A DNA stretch of 64,000 nt from Planctomycetota bacterium (GTDB lineage Bacteria > Planctomycetota > UBA1135 > UBA2386), in NCBI GenBank assembly GCA_947501605.1, contig CANMWZ010000022.1, forward strand, positions 1 through 64,000, written 5' to 3'. The stretch's first letter is position 1. The number at the start of each line of letters is the position of its first letter. The notes below the pieces were generated by a model. The model was given only the letters and a program-made list of their open reading frames with translations. It had not been told where the DNA came from and searched no databases. Shown piece by piece: positions 57,025 through 64,000 of this stretch. Made by a program: the position numbers and the translations under genes.

Positions 57025-58352
57025 AGCTGTCCTCTCGACAAATGCAACACGCGATGACTGCTCGCCGCGGCTAGCTCGGTGTCGTGCGTGACCAGAAGGA
57101 TGGAGGTCCCGGCACGCTCGCGCAACGCCGACAGCAGGTGGAGGAGCGCACGGCCAGCCGTGCGATCGAGCGACGCGGTAGGCTCGTCCAGAATCAACAC
57201 CGCCGGCCGCACCGCAACCGCCCGGAGCAGTGCTGCACGCTGCCGCTCACCACTGGACATCTGCGCTGCCGTGCGATCGAGCAGAGCGGCATCGAGGCCA
57301 AGCCACCGCGCGTTGGCGGCGATGTCAAAACCCGACGCGGTTGCCTCGGCGAGCAACGACGCGAGCGTGCGACCTGGCGTCAGCGACTGCGCCGCGTCCT
57401 GACTCATCAGCTGCACGGAGTGACATCCTTCTGGACGCTCCACGACGCCGGAAGTCAGAGCCATGCGTCCGGCCAGCGCCCGCGCCAACGTGGTCTTGCC
57501 GACGCCGGATTCGCCGAGCACCGCGACCACCTCGCCGCGACGCACGTTGAGATCGATGCCGTCGAGCACGACTCGACCGCCGAGGCGAACGCCGAGACCG
57601 CTCGCACGCAACACCACGGGCGCCGACCCGTCGAGATCGCGCGGGCAGGGAGCAAACGCCCCTACCTCCGCCTCGCCAGGCACAAAGGCACCTTCCTTGG
57701 CAACCAACACGCGCGGCGAGAGTGCCAACAGCAGTCGCGGATCGTGCGTCGCGACCAGCAAAGCGGCGCCACGTGCGCGGAGAGCGCTCAACTGCGCGCA
57801 CACGGCGGCGCAAGCGGCCCCGTCGAGGTTTGCCGTCGGCTCATCGGCGATGACCAGCGCGGAGTCGCGCAGGGCAGCGACGGCAAACACCACGCGCTGC
57901 GCCTGACCGCCCGAGATCTGATGAGGGTACCGCTCAGGCAGGTCGGCGGCGCGGTTGATACCCAGAGCCACGAGCGCATCGGCGCAGTCCGTGGGGCTGC
58001 GCTGCGACACTGCGCGCAGTTGGTCGCCGACTCGCTGCATGGGATCGAGTGCGTTGGCGGCGTCCTGCGCCAGTACGGCAACCTGCAACCGAAGGACCTC
58101 GCGCAGGCGCGCCGCGCCGACCGCGAACAGGTCCTCGCCGCGCCAACGGACGCTACCGCTCCTCCGGTCACTCGACGTGGCCCCCAGGCCGAACAGCGCC
58201 TTCAAGATCGTCGACTTGCCGCAGCCGGACGGACCAAACAGCGCCACCGCTTCGCGGGCTTCGAGGTGCAGGGTCGGCAGCGTGAACGTCCGGCCGTTGC
58301 CGCGCTGCAGCGAAAGACCCGCGACTTCGAGCAGCAGACTCACGTCCCTCAT
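57012..58352 (-). CDS. ABC ATPase with two nucleotide-binding domains (peptide/nickel OppDF-like)
   Basis: GPSGCGKST...YPHQISGGQ...IADEPT and GESGVGKTT...MSSGERQR...ILDEPT. Confidence 0.88.
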   Translation of the reverse strand: MRDVSLLLEVAGLSLQRGNGRTFTLPTLHLEAREAVALFGPSGCGKSTILKALFGLGATSSDRRSGSVRWRGEDLFAVGAARLREVLRLQVAVLAQDAANALDPMQRVGDQLRAVSQRSPTDCADALVALGINRAADLPERYPHQISGGQAQRVVFAVAALRDSALVIADEPTANLDGAACAAVCAQLSALRARGAALLVATHDPRLLLALSPRVLVAKEGAFVPGEAEVGAFAPCPRDLDGSAPVVLRASGLGVRLGGRVVLDGIDLNVRRGEVVAVLGESGVGKTTLARALAGRMALTSGVVERPEGCHSVQLMSQDAAQSLTPGRTLASLLAEATASGFDIAANARWLGLDAALLDRTAAQMSSGERQRAALLRAVAVRPAVLILDEPTASLDRTAGRALLHLLSALRERAGTSILLVTHDTELAAASSHRVLHLSRGQLWQE

Positions 58353-58694
58353 CGCACCGGATGACCGTGCCAGCAGCAAGCGCCGACCGGTGCATTCCTC
58401 GAAACCAGCGCGACCTTCACGGGGCCATGAGGTGTGCTGCTCGTCGCGCCACAGGACCTGCGGCACGCACCGGGCGTGGCCGACCCTCCACACTCTGAAG
58501 GTCCAGTTCTAGGGACGGGCCCTGCTCGAGCCCGCGCCACGGAGCAGGCGGCAACCGCTGCGGCCAATGCTCGGCTGCCGTGGGAACACACCGCCCCACC
58601 CCTTTGTCGCCACGGTTCTACGGCGTCGGTTGTGCGCGACCACGGCTGCCCGTTGCGCCCTGCGGGAGATGCGCTTGTGGCGTATGCTGCGACG

Positions 58695-59828
58695 ATGACT
58701 CGCGCTGCGATCGCTGTGCTGCTGCTGCCGTTTCTTGCCGCCCAAACTCCGCCGGACTCGCGCACGCTCGCACAATTGCAGCAGGCCTTCGCCGCACAGC
58801 GAGACAGTCAGTATGCGGGCGACAAGGCCCCCACTCGGGAGCAAGAACAGGAGCTGCTGAAGCGGCAGCTCGACGAACTGGCCTCGTTCGTCGAGCACGA
58901 GGCCAAGGGCGAGGATCGATGGGACGGCCGCATCGCCATCGCAGAGCGCGCCATTCTGCTGCGGCAAAAGGACCGCGCCGCAACGGCCCTGCAGCAACTC
59001 GACATCGCTGCCGTGCCGACGCTGACATCGATGCGGGGTGCGGAGTTCGCCGACGAACTCGGCGACTCCGCACTGCGGGACCGTCTCGTCGCACGCGCGC
59101 TCGAAGCCGCCGCAACCAACGTCGAACTCAGGCTGCAGATCGCGCGCATCCTGATGACCCGGCTGAGGGACGTTCCGCGCGGCGAGAAGCTCGTGGCCGA
59201 CGCCCTGGCCGCGGCGACCGACGATGAGCAGCGCGCCGTGGTCCGCTGGTTTGCGTGCGAGGCCATCCGCGAGCGCGAGGACCTCCCTGAAAACAGCTAC
59301 TACGAAGCGCTGGAGAAACTCGCCAAGGACTTGCCCGCAACGTACTGGGGCGCGGTGGCGCGAGATCGCAACGCCGCGTCGCAGTTCGCCATTGGCACGA
59401 CGATGTTCGATTTTGCTTCAACCGCGATCGACGGCACCAAGGTGGCCAGCACAAGCCTGCGCGGACGCGCTGTTGCCCTGGTGTTCTGCGCCCTCACCGA
59501 GAGCGGAAACGAGCCGCTGTTCACCGCCCTCGCGACGCTGAAGAAGCAGCATGCGGACGGGCTCGCCATCGTCGTGATCTCCGCCGATGCCGACGCCAGC
59601 GCCGCGGCTACGGCCGCGAGCAAGCTCGCACCCGGCGCCCCGGTCGTTTGCGACGGCCGTGGCCTGCGCGCCGATCTGTTGCTCCGTTTCCATGTGGAGG
59701 CCGTTCCGACCGTGGTCGCGATCGACCGGAGCGGCGCGATCGCCGGACTCAACCTGCATGTCGAGACCCGCGATGCCAGCCTAGAGTTCGACGAGGCGAT
59801 GACGCGGGCACTGCGCAAATCGCAGTGA
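58695..59828 (+). CDS. Exported helical protein with a C-terminal TlpA/thioredoxin-like domain lacking CxxC
   Basis: Signal peptide; DF...IDG...SLRGRAVALVF, IVVISAD, FHVEAVPTVVAIDRSG. Confidence 0.72.
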   Translation: MTRAAIAVLLLPFLAAQTPPDSRTLAQLQQAFAAQRDSQYAGDKAPTREQEQELLKRQLDELASFVEHEAKGEDRWDGRIAIAERAILLRQKDRAATALQQLDIAAVPTLTSMRGAEFADELGDSALRDRLVARALEAAATNVELRLQIARILMTRLRDVPRGEKLVADALAAATDDEQRAVVRWFACEAIREREDLPENSYYEALEKLAKDLPATYWGAVARDRNAASQFAIGTTMFDFASTAIDGTKVASTSLRGRAVALVFCALTESGNEPLFTALATLKKQHADGLAIVVISADADASAAATAASKLAPGAPVVCDGRGLRADLLLRFHVEAVPTVVAIDRSGAIAGLNLHVETRDASLEFDEAMTRALRKSQ

Positions 59829-59831
59829 CGG

Positions 59832-60917
59832 TCAGCGAGCCCGCCGCGCCAGCAACAAGAACGCGTAGATCGCACCATCGGCCAGCAGCAGTGCGAGCGG
59901 CATCGTTGCCGGCAAGGCATCTTCCAGAGGCGCCCGCAGCAAGCGCTGCAACAGCATCGCCGCGACGTAGATGAGCAGCAGCATGTCGGCCCCGAGGCGG
60001 CCGCGCCGACCAAGTCGCTGGCCGGTTCGCAACACAAGGCGCACGGCACCGAGCACCGCCAAGGCCGACATCGGCCACGACAGCCAAGGGGTCTGCGGCA
60101 GAAGCCGAACGATCGAAGCGCTCGGCAGGAGTGCCTCCGGTGCCTGTACCGAGCCCTCCATCACGAGGATGGTCGCGACGATCGACGCCACCGAGGACAA
60201 GACCCAAGGCCACATGCGCGCGGCCGCAGCGCGAGCTGGCCATACCGCGACACTGCGTTGTCGCAAGGTGCGCCCCATGCGCAGCGCGACCTGGCCGGAC
60301 GCCGCCATCGCCGCACCACCCGGAACCAGCAGGACAATCCCAGCACTCGGCGTCGTCGCGACGGCGCATGCCGTCGCTACGGAGGCAGTGAGACAGAGCG
60401 CCAGCATCGTGGCTGTTCCCGTTCGCGACGACGGACGCTCATTCGCTGCCAGGCACTGCAACAAGACCAGCGACAGCAGCGCAAATAGCACCGACGCGGT
60501 CTCGGGCCGCAGCACGTGCCCGGTCACGGCGATTGGCGGCAGCACTGCGAACCAGAGTGTGGCCAGCAGAGCGCGAGCACGGCCGCCGCTCTGCATGACC
60601 ACGAGGTAGCTGAGCATGGTGATGCCGAGCACGCCGAGGATCTGCGCCATCCGGGCCGTTCCCAGCACATCGTGCGCCGCCGGCGATGGCGATGATGGCA
60701 CCTCGGTGACCGCGGCGACGAACGACCGCGCGAACCCATCGGCCGCGAGACTACGTGGCGCTGCGGCATCGGGCGCAATCGCGGCGACGAGACGTTCCCA
60801 TTCGCCGGTGGCCGGTGGCGCGTCCAGCGCGAGTCCCGCCACCAACGCCGGCAACAGCAACACAAGGCCGATCGACGACTGGCTGCAAGCGCGCCTAGCC
60901 CACACCGCTGCTGTCAC
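59832..60917 (-). CDS. Polytopic membrane protein (possibly GT-C glycosyltransferase-like)
   Basis: About nine hydrophobic segments, RPE motif; GTG overlaps the ridA stop. Confidence 0.55.
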   Translation of the reverse strand: MTAAVWARRACSQSSIGLVLLLPALVAGLALDAPPATGEWERLVAAIAPDAAAPRSLAADGFARSFVAAVTEVPSSPSPAAHDVLGTARMAQILGVLGITMLSYLVVMQSGGRARALLATLWFAVLPPIAVTGHVLRPETASVLFALLSLVLLQCLAANERPSSRTGTATMLALCLTASVATACAVATTPSAGIVLLVPGGAAMAASGQVALRMGRTLRQRSVAVWPARAAAARMWPWVLSSVASIVATILVMEGSVQAPEALLPSASIVRLLPQTPWLSWPMSALAVLGAVRLVLRTGQRLGRRGRLGADMLLLIYVAAMLLQRLLRAPLEDALPATMPLALLLADGAIYAFLLLARRAR

Positions 60918-61297
60918 GAGGCGATGGCGATGCAGTCGATCTCGACCAGACCGCCTTTGGGCAGTTCCTTGACCGCAACGGTCGCGCGCGCCGGCTTGTG
61001 CCCAGGAAAGCGCTGACCGTAGACCTCGTTCACGCCAGCGAAGTCTGCCATCGATACGAGGTAGATCGTTGTCCGGACCACCTGGTCGAAGCTCGAGCCG
61101 GCGGCGCGCAGCACCGCCTCGAGGTTCTTCATCACGACGACAGCCTGTTCGGCGGCCGTGCTGCCGACGATCTGGCCGGTCGCCGGGTCGAGGGCGATCT
61201 GCCCGGAGCAGTAGACCATTCCTTGCGCCTTTACGGCCTGGCTGTAGGGACCGATGGCAGCGGGGGCCGAGGAGGTTGCGACGATTTCAGGTTTCAT
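60914..61297 (-). CDS. ridA: RidA (YjgF/YER057c/UK114) enamine deaminase
   Basis: APAAIGPYSQA, SGQI, PARATV, LP...LVEI. Confidence 0.95.
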   Translation of the reverse strand: MKPEIVATSSAPAAIGPYSQAVKAQGMVYCSGQIALDPATGQIVGSTAAEQAVVVMKNLEAVLRAAGSSFDQVVRTTIYLVSMADFAGVNEVYGQRFPGHKPARATVAVKELPKGGLVEIDCIAIAS

Positions 61298-61779
61298 GGC
61301 TGGTGGCGTAGACGGTCGCGCAGTTGCTGCTCGACCAGGGGAGGCAGGAAGTGACCGACGTCGCCGCCGTTCTTGACGATCTCCTTGATCAACGACGACG
61401 AGACGAAGGAGTACTCGACGCTCGGCATCACGAATACCGTCTCGATGTCCGCGCGCAGGTGGCGGTTGGTCAGTGCAAGCTGGTACTCGTACTCGAAGTC
61501 CGAGACGGTGCGGACGCCGCGAAGGATCGCGCTGATGCCTCGCTCGCGGCAGAACTCGACCACGAGTCCGTGGAACGTCGTGACCGAGAGCCGCGGGTCA
61601 TCAGGCAGCACCGACCGCAACATCTCGACGCGCTCTTCTGGCGTGAACGTCGCCAACTTCTGCCGGTTGATCGCCACGGCCACAGTCAGCTGGTCGAATA
61701 GCGGTAGGGCGCGCTGAACGAGATCGAGGTGACCACGGGTAACCGGGTCGAAGCTGCCGGGGTAGATGGCCTTGACCAT
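61294..61779 (-). CDS. coaD: Phosphopantetheine adenylyltransferase
   Basis: AIYPGSFDPVTRGH, RGVRTVSDFEYE, VSSSLIKE. Confidence 0.97.
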   Translation of the reverse strand: MVKAIYPGSFDPVTRGHLDLVQRALPLFDQLTVAVAINRQKLATFTPEERVEMLRSVLPDDPRLSVTTFHGLVVEFCRERGISAILRGVRTVSDFEYEYQLALTNRHLRADIETVFVMPSVEYSFVSSSLIKEIVKNGGDVGHFLPPLVEQQLRDRLRHQP

Positions 61780-61848
61780 GTCATGGGCTGCGCGAGGGAA
61801 TCGGGCGCGGAACTGTAACCATCGGGCGATTCCGCGCACGGAACACTC

Positions 61849-64000
61849 GTGGACTCTGATTCTCGTCGCGATCTGCTGCTCAGCGCCGCCGTGGCTCTGA
61901 GCACGGTCTTGCTGCTTCGTCTCGACCTCGGTGCGGCGGCGGGATTTGTCGCCTTGGCGACCCTCGCTGCGTCGTGCGGAGGGCCGTGCTCCCCCGGTCT
62001 TGCCGCGCTGCCCGTGCTGCTCGCCGCGATGCCGCAGCCCGAACCACTGGCACCGAGTCCTCGCCCCGGCCCGGTCCGTATCGAGGGGCGAGTCGAGTCG
62101 ATCCGCATCGATCTGCTCCACGACCAGAAAGACCTTGGCTTGCGCACTCGCGCCGGCCTTCTGACCCTCACGTGCCCGATCGACCTCGGCGTCGTCGCCG
62201 GAGACCGAGTCACGGCAGTCGCGCGGTGCAGTCACCCCGCGATCGTCCACCACCGTTCGTCGCTGCGGGCCGAGAGCGCGGCGTGCACCGTGCAAGAGGG
62301 GCCATGGAGCGTGCCACGCGCCTGCGCCGCCATGCGACGTTCGCTCGAACTCGCCCTGCTGCAGTTGGTGCCACCGGAGCACGGACCGCTGCTGTGCACC
62401 TTGGTGTTGGGACAAGGAACACGCCTCCAGGACGATCTCGCGGCCGCACACCGGGCGACCGGCCTGAGCCATCTGCTCGCAGTCAGCGGGGCTCACGCAG
62501 CCATGCTCGCCTGGCTGCTCGGACTCCAACCGTTCGGCGGCGGACGGCGACGGCCGGTTGGCCGCGTCCATCTGTGGATCGCAATGTCGTGCTTGCTGCT
62601 CTACGGCGCGATCACGGGCATGGAGCCGCCAGTGTTTCGCGCCCTTTGTGGCTACCTGCTGGTCGCGATCGGGCTGCGGCTCGGACGCCGTGTTGCCGCG
62701 ATCCAGGCGTTGTTGTGGCCTGCCGTGCTGAGTGCCATCGCGACCCCCGCAGGTGTTCTGGGACCGAGCTTCTGTCTCAGCTACGCCGCGGTGTTTGGTC
62801 TGTCCATCGCCGGACCTCCACACGGCGACTCGCGCACCGAGCGCTTTGTCTATGCGCCGGTTCGGGCGTCCTTCTGGGCAACTCTATTCACTGCACCGCT
62901 GACCCTGTGGTTCTTCGGGCAGCTGGCGCCGTGGACGATTCTGCTGACACCCCTGCTCGCCCCGTGCATCGGGGTGATGCTGTGCGCGTCGCTGGTCGCC
63001 GCCATGCTCATGCTGTTCGGCTTGCCGATTGCGGGTCTGGTTCACGCCCCGCTCACTGCGCTGGCAGATTTCTACGTCGCTGGCCTCGCGGCCGCGGATC
63101 AACTGCCGGGCACGCCGGTTCATGCCTTTGGCACGCCGAGTACCGCCCTGGCGGTCGCGGCTGCGGGCGCTGGCATCTGCGTCGCCGCCTGGATCGGCAG
63201 CCGGAAGGGAACGGCGCTCGCTCTGGCACTCGCGTGTTCGCCGCACTTCTTGCCGCCCTCAAGCGGGGAGCCAGCGGCACATCTGTTCGCGGTCGGCCAC
63301 GGCCAGACCTGCCTCTTGCAGCTCGACGACGGCAAGAACGTGCTCATCGACTGCGGCAGTCAGCAGCACCCATCGCTGCCCGCGCGCAAAGTCGAACGCA
63401 GCCTGCGCACTCGTTCGATCGACTTCCTGGTGGTGACACACGGCGACCACGATCACACCAGCGCGATCCGCGACTTGCTCCGCCGCGTCCCCGTACGTGC
63501 GGCCGTGCTGCCGTTGTCGCTGCAAGACAGTGTGGTCGGCACCGCGCTGCAAGCTCACGGCACCACGATGGTCTGGCTTCGGCCCGGGGAGCGCTGGTCC
63601 GTGCGAGCCGATCTCATCGTCATGGCGCCCAAGCCCGAGAGCGATTCCGAGAACGACCAGAGTCTCTGGGTTCGCGCTCGCATCTCCGACTGGACCCTCC
63701 TGGCGAGCGGCGATGCCGAAGAGGCCGGGGTGTCAGCAGCCCTGAGCCAGGGGATCGCGACGCGCGCCGATGTGCTGGTCCTGCCGCACCACGGTCGGCC
63801 TAACGAGGGTGCACTGGCACTGCTGCGCGCCGTCTCACCGCGACTCTGTCTGGCCTCGAACCAACATGGCGACGGCGTCTCCGCGCTCGGCCGCCTCGCA
63901 CTCGCGCAGGGCATTGAGACGTTGGCAACGGCCGTCGCAGGCGACCTCGTCGTGCAGGGTCGTGACCACCCCAACGCGACGGCGGTCGATACCACGCACC
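61849..64000 (+). CDS. comEC: ComEC/Rec2 DNA-uptake protein; runs off the window end and is absent from the ORF track
   Basis: Frame from GTG 61849 gives TGLSHLLAVSGAH, VGHG, LIDCGS, THGDHDH, GDAE, PHHG; no stop before 64000. Confidence 0.9.
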   Translation, partial: MDSDSRRDLLLSAAVALSTVLLLRLDLGAAAGFVALATLAASCGGPCSPGLAALPVLLAAMPQPEPLAPSPRPGPVRIEGRVESIRIDLLHDQKDLGLRTRAGLLTLTCPIDLGVVAGDRVTAVARCSHPAIVHHRSSLRAESAACTVQEGPWSVPRACAAMRRSLELALLQLVPPEHGPLLCTLVLGQGTRLQDDLAAAHRATGLSHLLAVSGAHAAMLAWLLGLQPFGGGRRRPVGRVHLWIAMSCLLLYGAITGMEPPVFRALCGYLLVAIGLRLGRRVAAIQALLWPAVLSAIATPAGVLGPSFCLSYAAVFGLSIAGPPHGDSRTERFVYAPVRASFWATLFTAPLTLWFFGQLAPWTILLTPLLAPCIGVMLCASLVAAMLMLFGLPIAGLVHAPLTALADFYVAGLAAADQLPGTPVHAFGTPSTALAVAAAGAGICVAAWIGSRKGTALALALACSPHFLPPSSGEPAAHLFAVGHGQTCLLQLDDGKNVLIDCGSQQHPSLPARKVERSLRTRSIDFLVVTHGDHDHTSAIRDLLRRVPVRAAVLPLSLQDSVVGTALQAHGTTMVWLRPGERWSVRADLIVMAPKPESDSENDQSLWVRARISDWTLLASGDAEEAGVSAALSQGIATRADVLVLPHHGRPNEGALALLRAVSPRLCLASNQHGDGVSALGRLALAQGIETLATAVAGDLVVQGRDHPNATAVDTTH

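Noticed and set aside
61780..62823. Apparent 348-aa N-terminal extension of CoaD
   Set aside because: Antisense shadow of comEC; CoaD homology begins at ATG 61779.
61974..63803. 609-aa plus-strand ORF
   Set aside because: Arg/Ala/Pro-rich off-frame shadow of comEC, which is in another frame.

Overview
GC-rich bacterial chromosomal segment. The gene set and protein styles (many signal-peptide FG-GAP/Kelch/BNR proteins, fused PilM-PilN, clustered pseudopilins) suggest a Planctomycetota-like organism; this is inference. The window begins at the 3' end of tmRNA and ends inside comEC. It is mostly housekeeping: smpB, four tRNAs (Leu-CAG, Glu-TTC, His-GTG, Lys-CTT), dusB, pcnB, panB, a U32/RlhA-like hydroxylase, acnA, ndh, scpB, ridA, coaD. 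The most unusual parts are: (i) a ~19 kb minus-strand type IV pilus/T2SS-like operon (FHA membrane protein, PilM-PilN fusion, PilO-like, TPR protein, five prepilin-like proteins including a 1715-aa GspK-like protein with repeated phage-tail-like modules, Zn-finger exported protein, PPIase, scpB), preceded by a candidate structured RNA; (ii) a nearby MglA-type small GTPase fused to a complete histidine kinase, lacking the MglA intrinsic arginine; (iii) a U32 hydroxylase head-to-head with a stand-alone chorismate mutase; (iv) aconitase with a histone-H1-like tail; (v) pcnB that apparently needs a non-canonical start and has a long disordered tail; (vi) an eroded NDT-like gene between ssrA and smpB. 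No integrase, transposase, CRISPR array or rRNA was seen. All protein assignments come from motif recognition by eye; no database search was run.
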